From Flaccisagitta enflata (Eukaryota): a DNA stretch of 64,000 nucleotides. The notes below the pieces were generated by a model. It saw only the letters and a list, made by a program, of their open reading frames with translations, was not told where the DNA came from and made no database searches. The stretch covers positions 46,934,001 through 46,998,000 of the forward strand of contig OZ231126.1 in assembly GCA_965153355.1 (NCBI GenBank). The letters run 5' to 3'. The translations under genes were made by a program, and so were the position numbers. Shown here piece by piece: positions 1 through 21,994 of this stretch (position 1 is its first letter; each line of letters begins with the position of its first letter).

Positions 1-129
1 CTGAGAGGATTTTAATAGAGGGATGAACTCTTTGCTATCCATCGATTGGACGGATTGTTTTTGTTTTTGTTTTTGTTTTTGTTTTTGTTTTTGTTTTTGT
101 TTTTGTTTTTGTTTTTGTTTTTGTTGTTT

Positions 130-312
<183 letters not shown>

Positions 313-314
313 AC

Positions 315-7439
<7,125 letters not shown>

Positions 7440-7598
7440 CTGTAATCAAGCTTGATTAAGGGATTCAAGGGCTTTAAAATTTGACAATAGCATCCTTTAC
7501 GAGCGCTAAGGAAATTATGAAAATAAGTTTTTTTAAATAAATATACTTTGCGAGAAGAATTTTTCCACGGAACATAGACACATAGATCTAGCAGGCAC

Positions 7599-8555
<957 letters not shown>

Positions 8556-8851
8556 GACATTCGCGGGTGGGCAGGGTTAGTGAAGGAGGACAATAATATA
8601 TCACAAAAATCGAAGGACCAAATGCATCGATAGACAGATCCGCATAGCTCTTGGGGAAAAGTGCGGTATTTTTGGTTTCTTGTTGTTTGTTTTTTTTTCT
8701 TTTGATTTTGTTGTTTGGTGTTTTGAACTGTCAATTTTACTACTGTTTGCTGTCTTGTTTTTTTAATACTGCAGCTGTTATTTTGGTTGTTATTCACTTT
8801 ATCATTGTCGTTGTTGTTGAATTTGGTGGTAGTGCGCGTGTTGTTGTTGTT

Positions 8852-8911
<60 letters not shown>

Positions 8912-8960
8912 ATTGTTGTTGTAGTTGTTGTTTTTGTTGTTTTTGTTGTTGTTGTTGTTT

Positions 8961-9037
<77 letters not shown>

Positions 9038-9208
9038 GCTGTTGTTGTTTCCGCGTATCAATTATTGTAAAGTTGTTGATTGAAATAGCTCTTTTACTGT
9101 TTTGCTTTTTTGTTCATCCGTTGTAAATTGTAACTATGATGACAGAATAGAGAGGAAAAGTGGAAAGAGGGCAAGACTAGATATGTCCATCGGTTGAATA
9201 CACATATA

Positions 9209-9357
<149 letters not shown>

Positions 9358-10567
9358 GCGTGTGCGTGTGTGTGTGTCTTTAAGTGTGTCTGTGTCTGTG
9401 TTTACCAGGTAAGCCAGTGCGTTGCTGTTTACATCCTTAATCAAATTCATTCATTCAGTCATTCGGTCATTCATTAATTCATTTATTCATTCATTCATTC
9501 ATTCATTCATTCATTCATTCATTCATTCATTCATTCATTCATTCATTTATATAGTCATTCAGTCATCATTATACGACACAAAATGGGTTGCTTGAGCTTT
9601 TGTTTCGTTTTCTCTCGCCCCGAGATATTCCGTCAAGAGCAGACCTCAACTAGCTCCACCAAAACTCAAACCCAGAAACAACCTTCCATTTTGAATAGTT
9701 CGAACATGTTCGAGAAACATGGAATCATGTTTTACGATAATAAATCACTTCAATGACATTTTTTTTCAAACCCTTCTTCTTTACATCAAGTAGAAACGAT
9801 TATTCTTACTTTCGTAGAGGTGATTATCTAGTTAAAGAATGGATTTTTTTCACAAAATGTAATTTACATCTTGCATGTGCTCGCTCTTGAGTGTGGTTTC
9901 TAGGAGGGCCACTTGTCTTCCTGCACGTACATGTTGCGCGCACAACCACCTACTGGAGAATTATGCAAGAGGGGCTTTTATAAGGTGTCCTTCGCCTGCA
10001 TTTACGTACAGCATAGATATACGGGATGTTTAATGACTAAATGAGTGGAGTAAAACAATACCTATTCATCATATTTTCAGTTTTTAGATAAAGGTCAATG
10101 ACATTTGGGAAAGGGATCCGAGTTCTCTCTGCTGGGCTTTCCATCTGGACTCATTGGGTTCTTTGCATTTCTGAATCAAATAAACTATCTCAGATTCATC
10201 GTAACAACGTTTATAAAGAATGATATTGTATGTATAATTTCCTCCTGAGAGCTTTGCTCAATGTTTCTCATTTTCATTTCTTCTATCATTCGTCATCTCA
10301 TCAGTCATCAGTGAATCGTCGGAGGAAGAATGACATCGATGACTTGGCCTAGAATTTGGCTTTGCTTTCAGCGACACAACAATGGAATGGATTTCCGCTT
10401 AAATTCCATCCTCTTTCTCTTTTCTCCTCTTCCATGAATTCCAACTGACTTTTTCGCTTCACGGTCGGTTTTCTGAGCGAACGCCAAACAGACTCATATT
10501 CAAATTTCAATTCTCGGAAATTTGAGCCATAGAGAAAGAGAAAACCGTTATCGTTGTCCTTTTCTAA

Positions 10568-10649
<82 letters not shown>

Positions 10650-11034
10650 GGGGTTGGGGTTGTTGTTGTGGATGTGGTGGTTGCGGCGGTTGTTGTTGTT
10701 GTTGTTGTTTTTGCGGTTACTGTCAGGATTGTTGACATTTTTCTTGTTGTCGTTGTTGTCATAGTTGTCGCTGTTACTGTTGCTGTCTTTGTTGTTTGTG
10801 GCATTGTTGTAGCTCTCATTTCTGTTGCTGACATTGTTGTTATTGTATTCATTTTTGCGTCGTGCGACTCGTGCGATTCAACAGGTATCGTCGTGTGACA
10901 GCTAAAATCCCAAAAAAAAACAACCCTCAGCTTCTACGTGCAATAGAAACATAGTCAATTACGTGGACGATGGTTCATCGATGATTGTTCATATACCATC
11001 ACTACGTATGTGACGATGACGCGAAGACATCTCA

Positions 11035-11155
11035 TTTTTTAGGTGCGCCAACGCACCTCTATAACTGGCTGTGTCCGTTGGTCGGTCGCTTGGTCTGTAA
11101 CGTATTCGTTCGACGATCCACACGGCGCACCTTATCGGCCTACTTGGCCTTGTTC
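11035..11155 (+). mobile_element. HINE-like element (aggtgcg subfamily); second copy at 14940-15065
   Basis: tttttaggtgcgccaacgcacct palindrome, gtcg-type microsatellite, ggcgcacct subterminal IR, ggcctacttggcc hairpin, ttgtt. Confidence 0.7.
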
Positions 11156-12405
11156 TTTTTTTTTCATCCTACATTCCATCATTTTCCATACCATTGACAC
11201 AATTCAGATTTTCATCCATAAAAGAATATAACAGAAAATGAATCCTGCACTATTACATAGCCTAAATACTGCGTTTGCGGCACCTCATATCATCATCTCG
11301 TGATCATATCTCACCGCCTGGCAAATCAAACTAGATGTAATGTAACGTTGTCAACATCATCCTTAACATAGAAATTACACTGCGGCGCATAAAAAAGTTT
11401 CCAGCAGTTAAAAAGCTAGTTATTTCAACTGTAGTCACTTTAAGCAAATAGAATTCATAAAGTTTTAAAACTTTTTTTAGTTTTTTAAAAACTCTACTAA
11501 TCTAGTTCAACCCCATTCATGTGACTCAAGTTATTAAAAAACTATAAAGGTACAAGGATGATGAGCAATTTACTTATGCATAGAAGAGAACAGCCGTTGA
11601 AAGAACACAAAATTGTTTTTGTTTTCTTTTAATGTATTGAAAACGATCTGTGATTCATTCATCATATCCATGATCATTCTAAAAACTCTACAGGTCTAGA
11701 CCAAGCAAAACTCTGCGGCTTGATTCGTTATGAAATAACATTAGTTTAAAGTTAATTAGTCATGTTTTCTATCAAGCAAAATACCATAATTTTTCACTCG
11801 TTTTTCCCAAGGTAATTTTGATATGTACTACTTCAAATCAATGTCACGCCTAAACAAAAAGAGCTGGAAATCTGGGATTGAACCCAAATTAAAGAAAATA
11901 AAAAATCCTTCAATAATCTCATGATAAATTGTTTTTATCATAGATAGAACCTGCAAAATATTCCTAAGAAAACTGGAAACTTTTTTATGCGCCTCACTGT
12001 AGAGACCCAATTTGCAATTCGGTTCTGATTTGTTTCTTAGCTGCCACATCGTCATCGACATTGACCCGATGGTATGCGCACGTCGGCCTGCTTTTTTTTT
12101 CCGCTCCGTCGTCATCGTCATCGCCGTCGTCGTCATCGTCGTTGTGCGACCCCAAATCCGACCCAATTTTGTAACAAATCATTTCGTCTTATGAAATCTT
12201 ATCCCTGCAACTTGTCCTTCGGCCTTTTGCTTGACTGTTTGTCTGTTTGTGTAAGACTTACTGAATAAGTATAGTAGTTAGTACTGTACACATGCTGTGT
12301 CTTCCATCTTCCATCTTCTTTTTCTTTTTCTTTTTCTTTTTCTTTTTCTTTTTCTTTTTCTTTTTCTTTTTCTTTTCCGCTTTTTCCCCCTTCTTTTTTA
12401 ATTTT

Positions 12406-12448
<43 letters not shown>

Positions 12449-12592
12449 TTTTTTCTTTTTTCTTCTTCTTCTCTCTTCTCTCTCTTCTTCTTCTCTCTCT
12501 CTCTCTCTCTCTCATATTTTTTTTTTCTCACAGCCTCACTGTCTTCTTCTTCTTCTTCTTCTTCTTCTTCTTCTTCTTCTTCTTCTTCTTCT

Positions 12593-12669
<77 letters not shown>

Positions 12670-14581
12670 TTTCTTTTTCTCACAGCCTCACTGTCTCTTA
12701 CATCTAGCTTCTGCCTCTCGTTTTCTTGGCTCTCATTCTATAAAGGCCAGTACGTAAGTTCTAAGATCGAAGCTTTCAAGGTTAACTTAATTTCCATTCG
12801 AAATTCTTCCCCTACTTAACTAAAGATTTCATGTTTTCCTTGCCAAGTGTTTGCGCGCAGCTTGCACCTTTTTATTGAGTAAGGACAAGGACAGTTTATC
12901 CGGACCTGAGGCTGAATTTTTGCAAAAGGATATTTTTAAGACAAGCTTAAGCCCCAGATTTAAGAATAATTTTATATCTTAGATTCTTATTACTTTTATA
13001 AAAATGTATCTTTAGAATAGAAATGATTTGTTTTCATTAGTTGAATTTGTTGATTTTTGAAATATACATTAAATTTTTAGGATAATATTTTTGTCTTTGT
13101 AAATTTTTATCATATAAAATTTAAAGGCAATTTAATGTGTAAAGGCAATATCTAACTTTCATAAAAAATGTCAGTAGTAATTATTTATATATGAATAGGT
13201 AATAAAACTTCAAAAAAAAAAATAAGGACACAATAAGAACATTTGAATCCAAAAGCTGTAAAGAATTAAGGACACACTAAGAACATTTTAACTTATAATC
13301 TGCAAAACATTAAGGATGTCGCAGCCTCAGAAAAATTGTACTGGTCCTTAAAAACTGAAAAGGGTGTATGGATACAATTTTTATTCAAAAAATCCATGTT
13401 CCGGCCGTATTTCATTTGGTACCATTTCGTACGTGCGCTCGGTACGTCGTTCATTTGGTTGCAACCATTCTTCATAATCATATGAAACTTTGGCGCCCAA
13501 GAGAACTGAAGTCTAGACTTCTTCAGTAACGGGCGGAATCCGTTTCGCTATTTTGGTTGTGGGCACTGGGCAGCCGCGTATCCTCTGAGCGGAAAGCTTA
13601 TCGATGGTAACGCTTTGGAACCTCGCAATAACGGATCCAAATAGAAATATTGGACAAAATGAATGAGTCTCTGAACGATTTTGTTTTACTTTCCGAATCC
13701 TCCGCCAGAGCGAATTGAATTCGAATAGCTTCGGGCCGTAATGCATAAAACCCAGCCAACCCTTAGCCCTAAAGGCAATTTCCACAATAAACTAGACTGG
13801 TGGAAATCAGGCGAGGGAATTCGTTAACATTGATAAAAATTTCATTATTTTATAATGGTCGCACCTAATAGCTTGAGATTTGAGCCCTGTACTCAGAATT
13901 TGATACTCTTTTATATCAGATAAAAAAAATTAATCTAATCTTTAAAATGTGCTCAACTATGTTAATTTTTATCATAATCAGAGTAACATAAGAGTAACAG
14001 GGTGTTAACATTTTAGGTCGCTCTTTTCAAAAATCAATATCTCCAGCTAGAATTGACATTAGGGTCTGAATTTTTGCATGTAACTTGGGTTATGTCTGTA
14101 TTAAAGGGGGAAAAAAGAAATTTTCCATAATACCTAAAATATTGCCATAAAAAGCATAGTATATTACTATGTATCAAAAGCAAATAAATCATCATTTTGG
14201 ACAAATCAATTGAAAATGAAATTTTTCTATATTAAATGACAACTGGTGACCATACAATCTTTAATTCTTCTTTAGGAATTGCAATTGAACAAAAATGACC
14301 CATAGTTAGGTAGGCCTAATGATTTTTTTATATATTTTTCATTGTGGTTTTGAGTGTGACATCAGTGTGACATAAAAAAAGGGGTGATTTTGGCATATTT
14401 TTTGCTAGATAGCCTATCAAAATTCTAAGTATGAAAGATATTAGCTAAGGACTGAATCCCAAGTAATGTGTCAAAACAGATTTTATCATGAAAAAAAGGG
14501 ATTAGCATAATAAAAACAATACTTCTACCTGTAACATCATGAATTTCAGCAGGGCCGGTTTATTGTGGAAATGACCTAAAG

Positions 14582-14650
14582 CTAACCCTGTCCCTAACCC
14601 TAACCCTAAAACTATCCCTAACCCTAACCCTAAACCCAACCCTAACCCTA
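14582..14650 (-). repeat. Degenerate interstitial (TTAGGG)n tract
   Basis: About 11 ccctaa-like hexamers on the plus strand. Confidence 0.7.
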
Positions 14651-17600
14651 GTTTAAAAAACCGCTTAAAAAGTCTTAAAAACAAAAGATCACAGATGCTT
14701 GTTCATTAGTACCGAAATGTTCTGAATAACTGTGTTATCAATGGATTTCTGTTTTTCTTAAATCCATTTTGGCGGAGTATTATTGAAGCAATCAAATAGC
14801 ACGCTTCCTTTTCACACTGGATCCACACAGGCTCACATGCCATGCATAAAGATGTTATCTCTCGGTCTATTGGTTACAATGGTTAGCCTTGTGTAAATTG
14901 GTCAATCCTAAGACCTCTCTTCATGTAACATCTCCTGCCTTTTTAGGTGCGACAAAGCACCTCTATAACTGGCTGTGTCCGTCTGTCGGTCTGTCGGTCT
15001 GTTGGTCTGTAACGCATTCGTTCGACGATCAACACGTCGCACCTATTGGCCTACTTGGCCTTGTTTTCTTCTTTCATATATCTTTGTAAGCATACAGCTA
15101 TACCCCATTATAACATATCCCAGAGTAAAGGAAATCTATCCATAACAGATACAAAATTGTGTTGTTTTTTTTTTTTTATGTAATTTTCTTTTAATTTCTT
15201 TTTTTGGTATTACTAGAAATCCACCCATAATAGATACAATATGTTGACATCCTTTATTGCGGGGTTCAACTGCATATTCATTCATTCAGTCATTCATTCA
15301 ATCTTGATTCTCACATCGGCGAGTATATAAAAACACATTTTCACTGCATTTTGTCTTCATTTTGACTGACAACCATCTCAGGTAATGTAAATTCTGTTTT
15401 AGTTGCACCTCTCGATTCACCTTATAAAACTCTTTGTGTTTTCGTTTTCCAATGTTCATTCCTTTTTTTCTATGATATTGTCAGTATATCATCTGATAAT
15501 AGAATCATCTAATGATTTATACCCTTGGCCTCGATTCTTCCATCTCTTAAAATTTACGTCTTAAATTCATTCATTCTCTCAGATAAGTTTTCATTCTATC
15601 GTGTTTTTTATTCATTCATTCATTTATCGATACATTCATACTCCTTCCACTGGTTATCCTCAACACAGCTCACTTGACCTTGTTCCCAATTTCCCATGCC
15701 AGGCCATGATTTGTAATCAAGAAATGTCATCGTCGGCTTTACATTAGACAAAAAAAAACAAATTCAATGTTTATGAGTATCTTGGCTGGGGTCGGACTAA
15801 CCTTTCAATGAGTGAGTGGGTGTCATCCATTTCGTCACTCCTGAAGCGATTTTTATCTTCCCGTTTGTTGGTCTGTCGGTCCTTTCATCCCTCCGTCCTT
15901 CCATCAGTCTATTGAGCTGATTTTCTGCATCAAGGTCCACTCTTTTTCAGAAACCGGCTCTCTGGTGTGTTTGATGAATTTATCAATCTGAACCATTTGA
16001 AAAATCAATCTACTATACTTGTAGCTTGTTATTAAAACAATCATTCTTGTAACTTGACATAGAAGGCTAATAATACTAGTAATATGCGCTCCATTAGCGC
16101 ATTTTATATATCAGTTACGTGTTAATGTTTATGTGGCTTATCGGTTTAAGTCTGGGGGTCTAGAATCCAGACGACGCATGTGTTAAGGTGACTGCTTTAC
16201 TACTAGACGTCGCGCTAGCTTCAGGTGCGCCTTGTGAATATATCACCAATTATGGAAGCTGTTGTGAAACTCTGAGACGAAGAAGAGATTTCTATTCTTT
16301 TTTTCCTCCCAAGTCTGTCAAATTTGTGTAAAAAAAAAGCGTTTTTTCTTAATTTTTAAGTACCCGACGAGTACTATTAAAAAATCTTCTTACACCCCGT
16401 CCCGAGATTATTAGTTAAATCGCGTCCAAAGTTTGCGTAGCCAAAAAAGAAGAAAAAACGGTCTTTACTTCGAGTCAAGTGGAGAAAGGACGGTTACCTT
16501 TCGGCAGCGGCATCGAAGGGGGCGATGACCTATGCTTTCACGCATGTGGGGAAATTTGTCCTTTTCCTTCTTTTTCTCCTTCTCCCCCCCCCCCCCAACT
16601 TCCAGAAGGAGGAGGAGAAAATTCCTCCTATGTTAAAAAGCACAGGTCATTGCTCCCTTTGGGGCTGCTGCCCTGCTAACTTCCTCAACTCTAATCACAA
16701 GCTAAGCAGGGCACGGGTACCGCTTACCGTACACTTCAACGAGGGATAAAATGTTGATAAAATTAGACCAAATAGGCCAATACAGGGGCGGAGTGAAGCG
16801 TCACCGACGGACGGACAAACGACAGAATGGATTAGTCGCTTTTCCGTTCGGCTTCTGCCAGTAGAGGGAGGGAAACAACGAGGCTGGGCTAATCTCACCA
16901 CGAGATGAAAATTCATTTGTATGCTATCACTTTCAACCACAATTGCAAAACTGCTTCATAATGGGAAAAAAAAGTCAAATGCCTGCAAAAGATATTTGCA
17001 ATACTATTCAATTTTTTGCAAAACTAGTCAAATATTCATATTATGACAAAATTTGTTTCTTTTGTCTTGAAATTTTGTCCCAACATATAAGTCGTCTCCT
17101 ATTTCACTACAATCTCACTACACTTTTTAGCGACTTATTTGCCATATCATGTCTTCTGTTACAATCAATCACATTATTCAAATCATTAATTATGATGGGT
17201 AAGTTACAGCATGATTACAAATTGATAACAAAATAATCAAAAAAATTTGACTAACTCATCTCAGAGTGAGCAAAGATCTGTTCCCGTAGACCAATTTGGC
17301 GGATCTTTTAAGGGCGTAAGGTTTTCAGTCAAGATCATCCAGGGGCCACGATGACCGCAGGAAGGAGTTGTCGACGAATTAAAGAAATAAGTAAAAAAAG
17401 AAATATTCTTTTTTATTTCTAGAAAAAAAAAGAATAAAAAGGAAAAAAGCTGTGAGACCGAAGAGAATTTCTTCAAGTATTTCTCAGAACGGGAGAAATT
17501 GGGAAATTTCCTCTGAGAGAGAAAAAAATACATTCTGATCTATTTCGTTCTTTTTCTTTTACTCCCTCTCTGTCTGCCTGCCTGTCTGTCTGTCATGTCT

Positions 17601-18001
17601 ATCTTTCTGTATGTCTCTGCACGCACGTGTGAGCGTGTGTGTGAGTGTGAGTGATTCTTTGTGAGGCTTTGTCCGTCCGTCAGTCCGTTAGTCCGTTGGT
17701 CCGTAAGCACGAGTCAAAAAGTGGGAAAACGCGCATTTCCGCCCCTGCCCACCCGTCCGCAACTGGTGGCCGTGTATCCGGCCTTGTTCCTGATGTTTAC
17801 GTTAAGAGCTGATTTCTTTGTTCATTTCATAAAATTTGAAATGGGCGAGATTCATGCGTTATTTTATGACGAAGATAAACCGTTGCATTTCTCGGTCCAG
17901 GTTTACAGAATTAAACTTAGCATGACGGTTTTGATACAACGCGTTTCGAGACTGTCTGTTCTTATGTTCTTGCTACTGTGTGGGCGCACGCGTTTTGTTT
18001 G

Positions 18002-18436
<435 letters not shown>

Positions 18437-18801
18437 TTTTCTGTATGCCTGTCCATCTCATTACCCGAGGTAGGGACTGTGAAATAGTTACGAATTTGAT
18501 GGGTCTGATCTACATGATAACAACAAGGCCAGATACACGGCTACCCCAGTCGCGTGTTGATGGGCAGGGGCAGTGATAGAGGTCACTTGGGCATTTGGGC
18601 TGGAGCAGTGAGCTCAAAAAGCTCAAAAACACAAAAAAAAAGTAAAAAGGGGACCGACTGACTAACCGACGAACCGACATAGCGGGGTGTAGAGCCTCGT
18701 AGCACGCGACTAATGACTAAACGATGAATATATATTTGTGACTAGTGCGGTTTTTTGTGGGAGTTATGGCGCAGGTGTCTGTCGTCATCTGTGGTTTTAA
18801 C

Positions 18802-18931
18802 TAGGGATGTGGAAGCGATTGACCGCTTCCAATTTGGAGGATGGGATAGCTACTAGTATTTGAACTGTAAATTGGAAGCGGAAGCGGAAGCGATGGAAGC
18901 GGCATGAAAATCGACCGCTTCCACATCCCTA
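18802..18931. mobile_element. hAT-type MITE, 130 bp
   Basis: TIR tagggatgtggaagcg / cgcttccacatcccta; perfect 8-bp TSD gttttaac at 18794-18801 and 18932-18939. Confidence 0.85.
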
Positions 18932-19147
18932 GTTTTAACACATCTACATGACTCTTCCGTGTACATGTCATGCGATGCGTCCCTCAAACTCCGTCTGTCT
19001 CTCTCTAGGTCCCTCACTACTTACTACTTATTTAAATAAATGCGATGCACATCAGATTCTCGACACCAATGAACCAACATGCGTGCCGGACGGCCTGACG
19101 CGTGGATGCTTTAAAAAGAAATCAAATTCGCACATGCTGGCCGCCCC

Positions 19148-19248
<101 letters not shown>

Positions 19249-19987
19249 GGGTTGGTTTTAATGATCCACTCTTTCGTCGGTTTCCGTTGCGATTCGACAC
19301 TCGCGAGATGTAAATTCAACAATCACCAAAAAATTGGGGTTGAAATCATTATTTTTTACTCTTTATTTACATTATTTCTTTTTCTTTTTCTTTTTAATAT
19401 CAAAGCATTGAAACCGACTCTCGGCCGAATCCCTCTCTATTAATTCTCCCATCGTATCATCTCTTTTATCGAACATTGACACCACCAGATATATATATAT
19501 TTCTTTTTTTTTGGGGGGGGGGAAAGGGTTCGCTGTTATTGAGTCAACAGTTCTGGTCAATGGTCAAATTTGAAACTGCACTGTTTGTATCGTTTCGTTG
19601 TTCATGTTGTCTTCAATTCGTTGCAATTGCAGTTGAAATTTTTACCGATTTTAGTCGCAAGACGCTACAGGTGTGGGTCTCTCTGTCCCTGAGTCAGTCC
19701 GTCGGTATGTCGATCCCGCTTAATGGTAACTATTAACACCAAGAGCAAGTATCGGCCTACGTGGCCTTGTTCAAAATATCTCCAAGAATTGTCAATTATT
19801 ACCCTCACTCAACCCTGTCGGAGTATCTACGATATCATCATTCGAGAGCTGACGAGCGAACTCTTCACATTATTTACGCTTCCTTTCCCCCCTCCATTTG
19901 CGCGATATTAAACTTTCGACAACCAATTTTATTTGACGAATCCTCATAGAATTCAGTTTGACGTCTGTCTCCGTCTCTTTCTGTCTG

Positions 19988-20103
<116 letters not shown>

Positions 20104-20965
20104 ACTGCTATGCTATGCAATCGTAGATGTCGAAAATAAACGATCTCGTCCGTGTTCAATTCTTTTTTTTTTAAGCTTCGTTGAGCTCAGAGACAAAACC
20201 TGAACTTCTGACTTTTTTTAAAAATTGCGCATTTAATCATTGTCATGCTCAGAAACGTTTGCATAGTATGCATTGTGCAACGTGCATTGCTATCATCGAT
20301 AACGACGCGATGCTTTTTGTCATAAAATGAAACATTTGCGATGTCCTCTCGGAGTGAGTCCACCCATCGGTCTGTGATGTCACGCCCCGCTGTTGCAATG
20401 AAAAAACTCTTATACATATTTCTACAGAAATCGAATAAATATTCGCTTGCAATAACGCGGGTGGGCAAGGAGATAGGTGGCACGGCTGGGGTTGTAATAT
20501 GGCCGGCAAAAAATATTGCTGCGGCAGTCGATATAGCTTCATCAAAAATTCCGCGTTACGGACTTACCTACCTTCCTATCTAACTTTCTACCAACGCTTA
20601 GTAAGTGACTGAAAATACGCCCGTCAAAAAACGACTGAGAATACACAAATTGCTTCCCAAAAATTGAAGGAGCCTCATTGCCAACTTAAAAACAACTACA
20701 GAATATCTTGTGGAACAGCAAATTGTATGCCTGAAAGGCGGGCGTGGCTTAATAGCTGGTGCCCTTTAGCGGTGCCCCCTTAAATTGCCATCATGTATCA
20801 GGTGCCTTTGACTAGATTTATTTTACTGTGATTACGATTCCATACCTCCTCCTGATGATTGCCAGTTTCCACTCTCATTCACTTCAATGATGCCTTTTAC
20901 TTTTAGTCGCCGGCTTCGTCCGTCCATCCGTCCGTCCATCCATCCGTCGCTCCGTCGGCCCGTCG

Positions 20966-21495
<530 letters not shown>

Positions 21496-21853
21496 GTGTG
21501 GAGGGGGGCCCGTGTTACTTGTTTTTCCGCTGCATCAATCAATCACCAGTGTCGTGGAAAATTTATGAATTTTGTTGACAAAAAGTTACGTAATATTCAA
21601 TACAAAATTTATGTATCTTAACAAATGTTTATCTTTTATTATGTACTTCGAATTATAATCTTCTCCAAGCCTTGGCTCAATTTCTTGTTCACCGTCGAAA
21701 TTCAACACGGGGCGATTATATGTTTAACGAAGAGAGGAGGATCACTTTGTGATAACAATTACTCCTTTTCATTTTTAAGTAAACAGTATATTCACCGACG
21801 GTTTGTGTTTTTTCTTTCTCTTAGTTCTTGCTTGCTTTTTTTCCTTCTTTCCT

Positions 21854-21896
<43 letters not shown>

Positions 21897-21994
21897 AAGA
21901 AACTAGGACGAACCAAAAACGCGGCGTAAATAATGTATGTATGTAAAAGTTCGTATGAAAGATCAAAGTGTAAAAGACAGTGAACGTAGCCGCC

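Noticed and set aside
10330..12190. GC-richer open segments (10330-10530, 12000-12190, minus) as further ferlin 5' exons
   Set aside because: No C2A-like motif and no convincing phase-consistent splice chain; needs RNA-seq.
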